Source: an uncultured candidate division Zixibacteria bacterium (GTDB taxonomy: Bacteria > Zixibacteria > MSB-5A5 > GN15 > FEB-12). From it: a stretch of DNA of 64,000 nt. Made by a program: the position numbers and the translations under genes. The notes beneath the pieces were generated by a model that made no database searches, was not told where the DNA came from, and saw only the letters and a program-made list of their open reading frames with translations. Positions 28,458 through 38,871 of the stretch are shown here, one piece after another. The first letter of the stretch is position 1. Each line of letters starts with the position of its first letter. The stretch is taken from contig OY760907.1 of the NCBI GenBank assembly GCA_963664195.1, forward strand, positions 352,001-416,000, written 5' to 3'.

Positions 28458-30005
28458 CTAGCCTTTCACCAGAAGTGACTTGCCGGTCATCTCCCGGGGC
28501 CTTTCGATTCCCATTATCTCAAGCACCGTGGGGGCAACATCGGCCAAAATACCACCGTCGCGGAGCGATACTTTCTCCGAGGAACTCAACTGGCCGGAGG
28601 GATCAAACAGGATCAACGGCACCGGGTTGGTCGTGTGGGCCGTCCACGGACCACCGCGGTCCGGATCCACCATGAGCTCCGCATTTCCATGATCGGCAGT
28701 AATCAACGCGACGCCTTTCTGCTTCTCAACGGCCGCAAGAACTCGCCCAAGACCGGTGTCAACAGCCTCGACTGCAGCTTTGGCAGCATCGAAAATCCCG
28801 GTGTGCCCGACCATGTCACAATTGGCGTAATTGATCAGAACAAAAGAGTAATCGCGTGAATTTATACGCCGGACAACATTGTCTGTCACTTCCACCGAGG
28901 ACATTTCCGGCTGGAGATCATAGGTGGCGACTTTCGGCGACGCGACCATATCGCGGTCTTCGTTCTCAAAAGGTTTTTCGACGCCCCCGTTGAAGAAGAA
29001 CGTCACGTGGGCATATTTCTCAGTCTCCGCCGTGCGCAACTGCTTTAGCCCCTCCGCGGCCAGGATTTCACCCAGGATGTTATTCAAGTGCACCGGGTGA
29101 AACGCGACTTTTGCCTCATACAGCTTTTTCTCGAAATTGGTCATCGTAACCAGCTCGATTCCCGGATTGTCCGGGTAGGAAAACCCTTCGATTTCATGAC
29201 CACAGAGGAGATGCGCCAACTGCCTCATCCGGTCGGCCCGGAAATTAAACATGATGACCGCATCCCGCTCCTGAAGACGCCCCTTCTCCGGGTCGCCGTT
29301 GTCTATCTTGACGGGTTTGATGAACTCGTCCGTGATACCCTCGGCATACGAAGCCTTGATCACTTCAAGCGGATCCTTCGCAGAGCCGTTCTGACCGCCG
29401 ACGATCAAACTGTACGCCTGCTGGGTCCGCTCCCAGCGACGGTCACGATCCATGCCATAGTACCGCCCGCCTATCGTGGCAACTTTTCCAAGACCGATTT
29501 CATCAAACTTCGCGAGGACTTCCTTCATATACCCTGCACCTGATTGCGGCAGCGTATCGCGACCATCCATGAAAGCATGCAGGTAGACTTCCTTCACACC
29601 CTTGCGACTGGCCATTTCAACCAGGGCGTAGAGATGATCCAGTGATGAATGTACTTTGCCGTCGGAAACGAGTCCAAACAAGTGAAGCGCCCTCTTTTCG
29701 AGCGCCACACGTTCCATGGCCGAAGCAAAAACGCCGTTCTGATAGAACTCGCCGCTTTCGATAGCACGGTCAATCCGGGTTACGTCCTGATATACAACTC
29801 GTCCGGCACCCAGGTTCAGATGGCCCACCTCGCTGTTACCCATCTGCCCTTCGGGCAGCCCGACCGCTGGCCCGGAGCACTCGATGAGCGTGTGCGGGCA
29901 ATCAGCAAGAAGTCTGTTTATTGTCGGCGTATTCGCCGCCGCAATGGCGTTGTCCTTTTTCTCTTCACGCCACCCGAAACCATCCATGACACAGAGTAGA
30001 ACCAT
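28458..30005 (-). CDS. gpmI: 2,3-BPG-independent phosphoglycerate mutase
   Basis: DGFG, MGNSEVGH, DGRD, GRYY.MDRD, ETEKYAHVT, DMVGHTG, ADHGN. Confidence 0.98.
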   Translation of the reverse strand: MVLLCVMDGFGWREEKKDNAIAAANTPTINRLLADCPHTLIECSGPAVGLPEGQMGNSEVGHLNLGAGRVVYQDVTRIDRAIESGEFYQNGVFASAMERVALEKRALHLFGLVSDGKVHSSLDHLYALVEMASRKGVKEVYLHAFMDGRDTLPQSGAGYMKEVLAKFDEIGLGKVATIGGRYYGMDRDRRWERTQQAYSLIVGGQNGSAKDPLEVIKASYAEGITDEFIKPVKIDNGDPEKGRLQERDAVIMFNFRADRMRQLAHLLCGHEIEGFSYPDNPGIELVTMTNFEKKLYEAKVAFHPVHLNNILGEILAAEGLKQLRTAETEKYAHVTFFFNGGVEKPFENEDRDMVASPKVATYDLQPEMSSVEVTDNVVRRINSRDYSFVLINYANCDMVGHTGIFDAAKAAVEAVDTGLGRVLAAVEKQKGVALITADHGNAELMVDPDRGGPWTAHTTNPVPLILFDPSGQLSSSEKVSLRDGGILADVAPTVLEIMGIERPREMTGKSLLVKG

Positions 30006-30011
30006 AATTGT

Positions 30012-31061
30012 TTACACCAATACTACTTTGGATTTGCCGCCCTTTATCTCTCCAACGCGGAACGCCTTCTCCCCCGCTGCCTCAAGCGCATTCAGCATGT
30101 TACCGGCTTCCGATTCACCCACTACGATAATGTAGCCCACGCCCATATTGAACGCATTATACATTTCGTCCTCAGCGATATCCCCCGTCCTTTGCAGGAA
30201 ACCGAATATCGGCGGTATATCAAACGTCCCCTTACGTATTTCGGCCGATAGCCCTTCAGGAATAATCCTCTTCAGATTTCCGGGAATGCCTCCGCCGGTT
30301 ATATGGGCCATCCCGTGGACATCGAATCTCTCGAGCAGCGGATGAACCACACCTGCGTAACACCGGTGAACCTGCATAAGTGCCTTGTCTATCGTGGTTC
30401 CCAATTCTGCCACTTCCTGACCCGGCTTCAATCCGGCCACTTCAAACGCGATCTTCCTCGCCAGAGTGTAGCCATTGGTATGGAGACCGTTGGAGGGCAG
30501 CCCTATACAGACATCCCCCTGTCGGATCGTCGAGCCGTTGATGACGTTATCGCCGTCAACCAGCCCGACAATAAACCCGGCTAGATCATACTCGCCCGCC
30601 TGATAGAAGTCCGGCATTTCAGCAGTTTCTCCACCGAGAAGCGCGATTCCGGCATTCTGGCATCCGCGGCTAAGCCCCTCGACCACTTCGGCAATGACTT
30701 CCGGTTTGAGCTTGCCGGTGGCAATATAGTCGAGGAAAAAGAGCGCCCGGGCACCGTGAACGAGGATATCATCAACGCAATGATTGACCAGGTCCTCGCC
30801 GACGGTATCGTTTTTCCCGGTCGTGAAAGCGATTTTGAGCTTGGTACCGACGCCGTCCGCTGAGGAAATCAGCACCGGGTTATTGATGCCGGCCAGGTTT
30901 GGTTTGAAGAAGCCCCCAAACGAGCCGATTTCGGACAGCACACTGTCGTTAAAGGTCTTGCGAGCCAGTGCTTTAATGCGATCTACGGCATCTTCGCCAG
31001 CCTTGATATCGACACCGGCGGAGGCGTAACTAAGTTCGGGTTTGGAATCTTGTTTGCTCAT
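30012..31061 (-). CDS. purM: AIR synthase
   Basis: YASAGVDI, DGVGTK, GGETAEMP, GLHTNG, HITGGG, FNMGVG. Confidence 0.98.
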   Translation of the reverse strand: MSKQDSKPELSYASAGVDIKAGEDAVDRIKALARKTFNDSVLSEIGSFGGFFKPNLAGINNPVLISSADGVGTKLKIAFTTGKNDTVGEDLVNHCVDDILVHGARALFFLDYIATGKLKPEVIAEVVEGLSRGCQNAGIALLGGETAEMPDFYQAGEYDLAGFIVGLVDGDNVINGSTIRQGDVCIGLPSNGLHTNGYTLARKIAFEVAGLKPGQEVAELGTTIDKALMQVHRCYAGVVHPLLERFDVHGMAHITGGGIPGNLKRIIPEGLSAEIRKGTFDIPPIFGFLQRTGDIAEDEMYNAFNMGVGYIIVVGESEAGNMLNALEAAGEKAFRVGEIKGGKSKVVLV

Positions 31062-31067
31062 GGGCGC

Positions 31068-31096
31068 AATCTATTCGCTGGGTTGAGGGATGTCAA
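31068..31096 (-). promoter_or_regulatory. sigma70-like promoter of purM (probably leaderless transcript)
   Basis: TTGACA-N17-TAGATT, then 6 nt, then ATG; no SD. Confidence 0.65.
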
Positions 31097-31305
31097 CAGA
31101 AGGTTGTACATAGCCCTGTGGATTGCCGCTCACACGGCCTGCACCGCAACTGCGACTAAGGTGATCATTTTTAGATTGCTTTCGGCAGGGAGAATCGCCA
31201 TAATAAGAGACATACCGGGCGCACGCGACCGGCCCGAGTGACATCGACAGACAAACAAGACTTACATAGTGATCTAAAACATACAGCAACGCCAGGAGTT
31301 AGTCT

Positions 31306-31518
31306 ATGCCTGCGCCTGATTTGGTCTGGATCTGTGTAACCGCATTCGCCGCTGTCTCCGTGCTTCTCGCCGCACTGGCTGCAATTATGCGCCTGATCCT
31401 CATAGTATTTCCGGAACAAGAAGAAGTCAATGATCCGATGGTGATTGCGTCCGTGGCAACCGTGCTTCAGACGATCTACCCCGGAGCACGAATCACCAAA
31501 GTTGAGGAGGTCACATGA
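31306..31518 (+). CDS. OadG-like small membrane subunit
   Basis: AGGAG SD; one TM, then the VIASVATV...ARITKVEE pattern; precedes alpha and beta decarboxylase subunits. Confidence 0.75.
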   Translation: MPAPDLVWICVTAFAAVSVLLAALAAIMRLILIVFPEQEEVNDPMVIASVATVLQTIYPGARITKVEEVT

Positions 31519-33341
31519 TTTTTACTTCAACCCCAAAAACAATTCGGGTGATGTTCACCCCTTTCCGGGACGGCCTCCAGAGTTCTTTCGGTGGCAAGGT
31601 TCGCCTGATGGATTTTCTTCCGGCGATGAAAGCCTCGGCCGAAGCCGGCATTCGTCACTTTGAGTTTGGCGGCGGTGCCCGTTATCAGGCACCGTATTTC
31701 TATCTTGGCGAAGATCCTTTTGAAGACATGAGGAAAATCCGTGAGGCTGTCGGACCGGATGTGGATCTTCAGATTCTCACGCGTTCTGTTTCAGGCGTAA
31801 CGTTGACCACACAGTCTCTAGAGGGACTCACACTCCAGGCCAAATTGATGCAAGAGAACGGCACTACCTGGGATCGCAATTTCGACTATATGAACGATGT
31901 CGGAAACCTCATCAAGACAGGCAGGCCGATCGTTGAAGCGGGCATGCACCACCAGGTCTGTATTGCCCTGATGGGATTGCCGTTCCACTCCGAAAAAGTC
32001 CACACACCGGAATTCTATATCAATATCGGTAAGCGGCTCCTCGACAGCGATGTGCATATCGACTCTATCTGCCTGAAGGATGCATCGGGCACAACAGACC
32101 CGAAAACAATCTATGACACCGCGGTTGGCCTGAAGAAAATAATGCCGCCGGAGATGCCTCTCTGGCAACACACCCATGACACAGCCTCAACGGCGGTCTC
32201 GTGCTACATGGCCGGCATCGAAGGCGGCGTTGACGGTGTTGACCTGTCGGTGCGTCCGATGGCTTCAGGCACGGTGCAGCCGGACGTGCGATCTCTGGCT
32301 CACGCCCTCAAAGGGACGGGGTATACACTGGAAATCGATGCCGGCAAGATGCCGATGATCGAAGACTTGCTAAACGACCTCATGAAGGACTACAGCTTCA
32401 ACCCAACCACAACCACTGCCGACGCGCGCGTCCTCGGTTTCCCGATGCCGGGCGGCGCTATCGGCCCGAATGTGCACATGATGGTCAAAGCCGGTATATT
32501 GGACAAGTATACCGAAGTGCTTGAGGAGTTCCCGGTCGTAGTTGAAGCCGGTGGCGCCTGGACCTCGGTGACGCCAGGCTCGCAGCAATACTGGCTGCAG
32601 GCGTTCAACAACGTGTTGTACGGTCGCTGGGAGAAGATCAACGATGGTTTCGGTAAGGCAGTCCTCGGCTATTTTGGCAAAACTCCGCTTCCACCGGACC
32701 CGGCCGTGGTGAAGAAAGCCTCCGAGCAGTTGAACATGCCCGTGTTTGACGGTGATCCGCTTGAGGTCGCCCCGAAGAACATCGGTGCCGCTCAGGAGGC
32801 GCTCAAGGAACGCGGATTGGAAGTCAATGACAAGAACACCTTCCTGGTGCTGGCAGCCATGGTGCCGGGCAAGAAGATGGAACTCAACGAGGGCATTCGT
32901 CTTCTGACCGGAAAATCGAAAATCGACGTTCCTCTCAAAAAGAAAGAAGAGCCTGCGCCCGCCGCGGCCGGCGCCCCCACGCTTACCGGACCGATAACGT
33001 CAAGATGCATCGTTGAGGAACACGGAGTAACCCGCACGTTTAACGTGACGGTCGAACCGCCCAACGGGTCAGCCGGTCCGGCCGCGGCCGCGGTGGCAGC
33101 ACCTGTGGCGACGACCAACGGTGGCACGCAGGTCTTTTCCTCGTTTGCCGGGCTTGTCGAAATCGTCGACATTCTCGTCAAACAGGGAGATGCGGTAAAC
33201 AAAGGGCAGGTCATCGCCGCGGTCGAGGCGATGAAAGCCAAGCATGATATCAAGGCCCCGTGCGACGGGACGGTATCTGCGGTAACTGCCGAAATCGGCG
33301 ATGAGATTAATGCCAAGAAACCGATACTAACCATTTCCTGA
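31515..33341 (+). CDS. Biotin-dependent carboxyltransferase (OadA/PycB-like) with biotin carrier domain
   Basis: FRDGLQS, FEFGGGAR, LKD, HTHDT, MPGG, VTPGSQ, Ala/Pro linker, EAMK biotinylation motif. Confidence 0.92.
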   Translation: MIFTSTPKTIRVMFTPFRDGLQSSFGGKVRLMDFLPAMKASAEAGIRHFEFGGGARYQAPYFYLGEDPFEDMRKIREAVGPDVDLQILTRSVSGVTLTTQSLEGLTLQAKLMQENGTTWDRNFDYMNDVGNLIKTGRPIVEAGMHHQVCIALMGLPFHSEKVHTPEFYINIGKRLLDSDVHIDSICLKDASGTTDPKTIYDTAVGLKKIMPPEMPLWQHTHDTASTAVSCYMAGIEGGVDGVDLSVRPMASGTVQPDVRSLAHALKGTGYTLEIDAGKMPMIEDLLNDLMKDYSFNPTTTTADARVLGFPMPGGAIGPNVHMMVKAGILDKYTEVLEEFPVVVEAGGAWTSVTPGSQQYWLQAFNNVLYGRWEKINDGFGKAVLGYFGKTPLPPDPAVVKKASEQLNMPVFDGDPLEVAPKNIGAAQEALKERGLEVNDKNTFLVLAAMVPGKKMELNEGIRLLTGKSKIDVPLKKKEEPAPAAAGAPTLTGPITSRCIVEEHGVTRTFNVTVEPPNGSAGPAAAAVAAPVATTNGGTQVFSSFAGLVEIVDILVKQGDAVNKGQVIAAVEAMKAKHDIKAPCDGTVSAVTAEIGDEINAKKPILTIS

Positions 33342-33354
33342 AGGGGCAAAGTCT

Positions 33355-34482
33355 ATGGATTCAGTCATTGAACTGTATCAACAATCGGGCTTTGCCAACC
33401 TGAGTTGGGGCAATTGGGTGATGTTCGTGGTGGCCGGCGTGCTCATCTTCCTGGCCATCGTCAAGAGATACGAACCGTTGTTGCTGATCCCTATCGGCTT
33501 CGGCGCCATAATGGCAAACCTGCCGCTTGCAGAGATGAGTTCCTACGCCAACGGCATCATGGCTCTCATATACGACGCCGGCATCAAGACCGAATTGCTC
33601 CCGCCTGTCATTTTCATGGGCGTGGGCGTGCTTACTGACTTCCGGCCCCTGCTGGGCAGACCGCTGACTTTCCTTCTCGGAGCGGCGGCACAGCTCGGCA
33701 TTTTCGTCGCCGCGCTGGGAGCCGCGTACTTCATGGGCTTCACATTCAAGGAAGCTGCTTCGATTGGTATCATTGGAGGTGCTGACGGACCGACCTCGAT
33801 TTTCCTGGCCTCCCAGTTGGCCCCCCACCTGTTGGGGCCTATCGCCGTAGCTGCGTACAGTTACATGTCGCTCGTGCCCATCATACAACCGCCGATCATG
33901 CGTCTCTTGACCACGCACAAAGAACGAGCGATTGACATGCCGCAGGCAAAACCGGTATCGAGAACTGCCATAATCCTCTTCCCTATTGTAACCGGAATCC
34001 TGGCCTCGCTCGCGATTCCGTCGGCAGCCCCCCTGCTCGGCATGCTCATGTTCGGCAATCTGCTCAAGGTGTGCGGAGTGACCCCGCGGCTCAAAAAGAC
34101 GGCCGGCGGCTCGTTGATCGACATTGTGACATTGTTTCTCGGACTGGCCGTTGGCGCGACAATGGACGCGGCGCATTTCCTGACGTGGGAGACTATCAAG
34201 ATTCTTATATTGGGTGCAGTGGCGTTCAGTTTCAGTACCGCCGGAGGGATTCTCTTCGCCAAGTTGCTCAACCTGTTCCTGAGCAAAAAACACAAGATCA
34301 ACCCGTGTATCGGAGCAGCCGGTGTGTCGGCAGTACCGATGGCGGCGCGAGTGGTGCAGAAGTTCGTTTCGAATGAGACCGATGGCGAAGTCAATCCGCT
34401 CATGCCTGCGATGGGACCGAACGTAGCCGGTGTAATCGGCTCAGCGATTGCGGCGGGTGTGTTCCTGATGTTGCTCCACTAG
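33355..34482 (+). CDS. oadB: Na+-translocating decarboxylase beta subunit
   Basis: EPLLLIPIGFG, GIIGGADGPT, AYSYM, GVSAVPMAAR, MGPNVAGVIGSA. Confidence 0.96.
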   Translation: MDSVIELYQQSGFANLSWGNWVMFVVAGVLIFLAIVKRYEPLLLIPIGFGAIMANLPLAEMSSYANGIMALIYDAGIKTELLPPVIFMGVGVLTDFRPLLGRPLTFLLGAAAQLGIFVAALGAAYFMGFTFKEAASIGIIGGADGPTSIFLASQLAPHLLGPIAVAAYSYMSLVPIIQPPIMRLLTTHKERAIDMPQAKPVSRTAIILFPIVTGILASLAIPSAAPLLGMLMFGNLLKVCGVTPRLKKTAGGSLIDIVTLFLGLAVGATMDAAHFLTWETIKILILGAVAFSFSTAGGILFAKLLNLFLSKKHKINPCIGAAGVSAVPMAARVVQKFVSNETDGEVNPLMPAMGPNVAGVIGSAIAAGVFLMLLH

Positions 34483-34502
34483 CGAAGTCATTGCTAAACA
34501 CG

Positions 34503-34530
34503 AAAAGGCCCGCTGTTTAGCGGGCCTTTT
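34503..34530. terminator. Bidirectional intrinsic terminator (oadB/maeB)
   Basis: AAAAGGCCCGCT-GTTT-AGCGGGCCTTTT between convergent genes. Confidence 0.9.
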
Positions 34531-34557
34531 CTCTTGTCGTTTTACTCCCGAACCGGG

Positions 34558-36819
34558 CTATTTCTTCTTCGCCTGCACTACCTGAGCGTCGACAACCGCG
34601 ATCGTGGCCATATCCACGATCTGGTTGACATCAAGTGTTCTGTGCAGAACATGTACCGGCTTGGAGAGGCCCATCAGAATCGGTCCGATGGCCTGCCAGC
34701 CGCCCATGCGAAGGGCCATCTTGTAACAGATATTCCCCGCGTTGAGATCCGGGAAAATGAACACGTTGGCGGCCTCTTTGAGTTTAGAGAACGGATAGTG
34801 TTTCTCCGTATACTCAGGCATCAAGGCCGTATCGGCCTGCATCTCACCCTCGACAACCAGATCTGGACACTGCTGCTTAACAAGTTCTGTGGCACGGGCC
34901 ACTTTCTTCGATTCGGGCAACGGAGCGGAACCGAAGTTAGAGAATGACAGCATTGCGATCTTTGGCGCGATATTGAAACCCTTCGCAACTTGTGAGGCGC
35001 CTATGGCGATCTCGGCCAGCTCTTCGGAACTGGGGTTAATATTCACCGTCGTGTCGGCAAACATGAACACCCTATCCTTCTTGATCATGACAAACAGACC
35101 GGAGACGCGAGTAAAACCGTCCTGAAGCTCTATCATCTCCAGAGCCGGACGGATCGTAGACGGATAGTCTGCTGTCACACCGGAGAGCACTGCGTCACAA
35201 TCACCCTGTTCCAGCATCATAATACCGAAATGAGTCCGGTCACGCATATTCCACAGAGCCTTAGCCTTGGTCATGCCTTTGCGCTGGCGCTTTTTGTAGA
35301 AAACGTCAGCATATTGGTTGCGCTTTTTCGACTCCAGTGGATTCAGAATCTCAATACCTTCAAGGTCGATTTCGTGCTCGGCGGCTACTTCCTGAATCTG
35401 TTCAGGAACACCAAGCACGACCGGGTTGGCTATCCCCTGCTCCTTGACAATATGGGCAGCCCTGAGAATACGGCTCGAGTTACCTTCCGGGAAAACGATT
35501 CTCTTCGGATCGCGCTTGGCCTTCTCAGCCATGCCGCGAATAATCTGCCGGCCATGACCGACACGAGTTTCGAGTTCCCTCTTGTATTCCTCGATATCAA
35601 CCGGGCTTTGAGCCACACCGGTGTCCATCGCCGCCTGGGCAACCGCCGCCGACTCCCAGACGAGAATGCGCGGATCAAAAGGCTTTGGAATGATGTACTC
35701 ACGACCGAACTTGAAATGATCGACATGGTAGGCCTTGGCAACTTCTTCCGGCACGTCCTGTTTGGCCAAGCTGGCCAGCGCCTTCACGGCTGCGATTTTC
35801 ATCTCTTCGTTGATAGCGGTGGCGTGGACATCGAGAGCACCACGGAAAATGAACGGGAAACCGAGCACGTTGTTGACCTGATTCGGGAAATCCGATCGAC
35901 CGGTAGCCATGATGACATCCTTGCGGACAGACATGGCGTCCTCGTACGTAATTTCCGGATCAGGATTGGCCATCGCAAAGATGATCGGATCCTTGGCCAT
36001 TGATTTGACCATGCTTTTCGTCACCGTGTCGGCAACGGACACACCAACGAATACGTCGGCGTCAACCATGGCCTCGTCCAGCGTGTGACGATCGGTCTTG
36101 CGAACAAACTCGGCTTTGTATTTGTTATAATCATCCCCGCGGCCTTCGTACATCACGCCCTTGGAGTCAACCATCAGCAAATTCTCATGGCTCACACCGA
36201 GCGAACAATACAACTTGGCACAGGCGATACCGGCAGCACCGGCTCCAGAAAAGACCACGCGCACTTTGTCGATATCTTTGCCGACAATCTCCAGGGCATT
36301 CAACAGGGCAGCGCCGGAAATGATGGCCGTACCGTGCTGGTCGTCGTGGAAGACCGGAATATTCATGGTCTTCTTAAGCGTCTCTTCAATATAGAAGCAC
36401 TCGGGACCTTTGATATCTTCGAGATTGATACCGCCAAAAGTCGGTTCGAGCAACTGACAGGCCTTGATGATTTCATCCGGGTCCTGCGTGTCGAGTTCGA
36501 TATCGAAAACGTCGACATCGGCAAATCTTTTGAACAGCACACCCTTGCCTTCCATCACCGGCTTGCCGGCAGCAGCCCCGATATTGCCGAGTCCCAGAAC
36601 AGCGGTGCCGTTGGAGACTACTGCAACGAGATTACCCTTGGCAGTGTATTTGTAGACGTCGGCCGGATTGGCCGCGATTTCCAGACAGGGTATCGCGACA
36701 CCCGGTGTATAGGCCAGTGAAAGGTCTAATTGTGTGGTGCAGGGTTTCGTGGGATTAACTTCAACTTTGCCCGGCTTACCTTGAGAATGGTAGTCAAGGG
36801 CTTGTTGTTTCGTGATCAT
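34558..36819 (-). CDS. maeB: NADP-dependent malic enzyme with PTA-like domain
   Basis: [41 protein letters not shown]-terminal phosphotransacetylase-like domain. Confidence 0.97.
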   Translation of the reverse strand: MITKQQALDYHSQGKPGKVEVNPTKPCTTQLDLSLAYTPGVAIPCLEIAANPADVYKYTAKGNLVAVVSNGTAVLGLGNIGAAAGKPVMEGKGVLFKRFADVDVFDIELDTQDPDEIIKACQLLEPTFGGINLEDIKGPECFYIEETLKKTMNIPVFHDDQHGTAIISGAALLNALEIVGKDIDKVRVVFSGAGAAGIACAKLYCSLGVSHENLLMVDSKGVMYEGRGDDYNKYKAEFVRKTDRHTLDEAMVDADVFVGVSVADTVTKSMVKSMAKDPIIFAMANPDPEITYEDAMSVRKDVIMATGRSDFPNQVNNVLGFPFIFRGALDVHATAINEEMKIAAVKALASLAKQDVPEEVAKAYHVDHFKFGREYIIPKPFDPRILVWESAAVAQAAMDTGVAQSPVDIEEYKRELETRVGHGRQIIRGMAEKAKRDPKRIVFPEGNSSRILRAAHIVKEQGIANPVVLGVPEQIQEVAAEHEIDLEGIEILNPLESKKRNQYADVFYKKRQRKGMTKAKALWNMRDRTHFGIMMLEQGDCDAVLSGVTADYPSTIRPALEMIELQDGFTRVSGLFVMIKKDRVFMFADTTVNINPSSEELAEIAIGASQVAKGFNIAPKIAMLSFSNFGSAPLPESKKVARATELVKQQCPDLVVEGEMQADTALMPEYTEKHYPFSKLKEAANVFIFPDLNAGNICYKMALRMGGWQAIGPILMGLSKPVHVLHRTLDVNQIVDMATIAVVDAQVVQAKKK

Positions 36820-37128
36820 AACTCCAAAGCTCCTGGTTTTGAGCCAATTTCGGTTCGTTTCAACTAAACGAGGCGGAATATAGGCCTTAATCCATGTATT
36901 GCAAGGGGTTTTCGGGTATGTATGAAGATTATTCCAGCCACGTCAGAGATTGCGCAATCGAAGCCTTTGTTGTATCCTTTGTGCGTGAGCTAAGTTAATG
37001 GTAATCACGTGGTTTGAACGGGCGATATCGACGCAGACATCGGGCGAATTACGCACTCAGATTCTGGTGGCCGATTCTTGTGCCGCACCGGCTGCGGTGC
37101 GAACCGGACCAGCCTTCACGAGGATAAC

Positions 37129-37659
37129 ATGACAGACAACAAGCGTTACATCCAAATCTACACCGGCAACGGTAAAGGCAAAACGACCGCGGCCATCGGG
37201 CAGGCGATTCGTGCCGCCGGAAGCGGCCTCAAAACGCTCATCGTCATGTTCATGAAAAACCATCCGTACGGGGAGATCCGAGCGTTGAAAGCGTTCGAGG
37301 AGTTCATCACGGTCGAGCAGTACGGCGACGATGCCTTTGTCTTCAAGAAACAGCCGCCGTCGGACGACGACATCTCCACAGCACACAAAGCGTTGAATCG
37401 GGCACGCGAAGCGATGCTCTCCGGTGAGTACGACATCGTCATCCTCGACGAAGTCTGCGTCTGCACGTATTTCAAGCTATTGACCGCCGAAGACGTCTTG
37501 CCTTTGCTCGATGAAAAGCCGAACAACGTTGAGTTGATCTTGACGGGTCGATACTGTCCCGATGAATGGATCGCCCGCGCCGATCTTGTGAGTGAGATGC
37601 AGGAGGTGAAGCACTATTACCAGCAGGGCGTCCTGTCAAGGAAGGGGTTTGAGAGCTAA
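37129..37659 (+). CDS. cobO: Cob(I)yrinic acid a,c-diamide adenosyltransferase (CobO/BtuR family)
   Basis: YTGNGKGKTTAA, ILDE, LILTGR, ADLVSEM..VKHY. Confidence 0.93.
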   Translation: MTDNKRYIQIYTGNGKGKTTAAIGQAIRAAGSGLKTLIVMFMKNHPYGEIRALKAFEEFITVEQYGDDAFVFKKQPPSDDDISTAHKALNRAREAMLSGEYDIVILDEVCVCTYFKLLTAEDVLPLLDEKPNNVELILTGRYCPDEWIARADLVSEMQEVKHYYQQGVLSRKGFES

Positions 37660-37684
37660 CAGGGGAACACGCGATGTTCAAACC

Positions 37685-37779
37685 GTAGGTCGAAACTCCT
37701 GCAGTTTCGACAATAGCCGACCTTCTTTTTTTGTAGCGCAGGTCTGTGTAGCGCAGGTCTGTCTTCAGACCTGCGAGGA
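37685..37779 (+). repeat. REP doublet (family A then family B), pointing toward the SIR2-like gene
   Basis: GTAG-GTCGAAACT-CCTGC-AGTTTCGAC (37685-37711); partial copy at 37733-37747; GTAG-CGCAGGTCTG-TCTT-CAGACCTGCG (37748-37775). Confidence 0.9.
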
Positions 37780-37841
37780 AACTGGCGAAGGCAGTGAGAG
37801 GCCGTTTCACCGACACTTCTTTTCTGAACGAAAGGGAAAAC

Positions 37842-38843
37842 ATGATCGATTCTGACTACGATGAGATTTCGGACACATCGATGGAGCGTTCACATGTCGT
37901 CATTCTCGGCGCAGGAGCCAGCAAAGCGACCTGTCCTGGCGGAGACTTAAATGGACGAGCCATCCCACTCATGAACAACCTCATATCAGTTTGTGGCTTG
38001 GGAGCAATTCTGGGTGAGGCTGGCCATGAAGTTCCATCAGAGGATTTTGAGCAACTCTACGGTGCATTACACAACAACGAGGGCCGGAGACTGCTGTCCT
38101 CACTAGAAGACAAAGTGTTTGCCTATTTCGATTCCCTCTGCCTCCCAGTTGAACCGACAATCTACGACTACCTCGTCATGTCGCTTCGCCCCAAAGACCT
38201 CATAGCAACTTTCAACTGGGACCCTTTCCTGTGGCAAGCTATGGAACGCAATCACCGCTGGGCGAAGAAAGCGCCGCAAGCGGTCTTCCTTCACGGCAAT
38301 GTATCAATCGGTCATTGCCTCGATGATCGTATCACCGGGCCACGTGGCGCAAGCTGTCCACAGTGCGGAGAAGTATATCAAGACTCAAAGCTCCTCTTCC
38401 CTGTTGTCAGGAAGAACTACTCTAGCGATCCGTACATACAAACCGCTTGGACCACGCTGCGAAACCGATTGGAGAACGCATACTTGCTCACAGTCTTCGG
38501 CTACAGTGCTCCTGTTTCCGACCAGGATGCAATCCAACTGCTGAAAAGCGCATGGGGAAACGCGAGTGACAGAAATCTGGAACAGGTTGAGATAATAAAT
38601 GTCGACTGCCCGGAGATGCTCCGTGAGACATGGAGACCATTCATCCACAGCCACCACTACGAGATTCATAAGAGTTTCAACGAATCTATTCTGGCCCAAC
38701 ATCCGAGACGAAGTTGCGAAGCGATGTGGGCTATGCTCATGGAGAATCAGATTCCCAACAGCGATTGCATTCCCAGTACTGACGACTGGAATGAACTCCG
38801 GATATGGTTTGAACCTCGTCTAGAAGTCGAAGAGTTGTCTTAG
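37842..38843 (+). CDS. Stand-alone SIR2-like domain protein
   Basis: VVILGAGAS, IATFNWD, FLHG, CPQC, VFGYS in sirtuin/SIR2_2 motif order. Alternative start at 37881. Confidence 0.8.
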   Translation: MIDSDYDEISDTSMERSHVVILGAGASKATCPGGDLNGRAIPLMNNLISVCGLGAILGEAGHEVPSEDFEQLYGALHNNEGRRLLSSLEDKVFAYFDSLCLPVEPTIYDYLVMSLRPKDLIATFNWDPFLWQAMERNHRWAKKAPQAVFLHGNVSIGHCLDDRITGPRGASCPQCGEVYQDSKLLFPVVRKNYSSDPYIQTAWTTLRNRLENAYLLTVFGYSAPVSDQDAIQLLKSAWGNASDRNLEQVEIINVDCPEMLRETWRPFIHSHHYEIHKSFNESILAQHPRRSCEAMWAMLMENQIPNSDCIPSTDDWNELRIWFEPRLEVEELS

Positions 38844-38871
38844 GCCGAAAATTCCATCGAATATGTCAATG

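Noticed and set aside
26859..30005. Amber read-through GpmI-Lnt fusion or recoded TAG
   Set aside because: GpmI ends at its normal C-terminus (MTGKSLL), and TAG terminates other genes here at expected positions; CTG initiation is simpler.
36820..37128. Cobalamin riboswitch upstream of cobO; palindrome GATTGCGCAATC at 36948-36959
   Set aside because: No recognisable B12-box elements, and a single 12-bp palindrome is not enough to call an operator.
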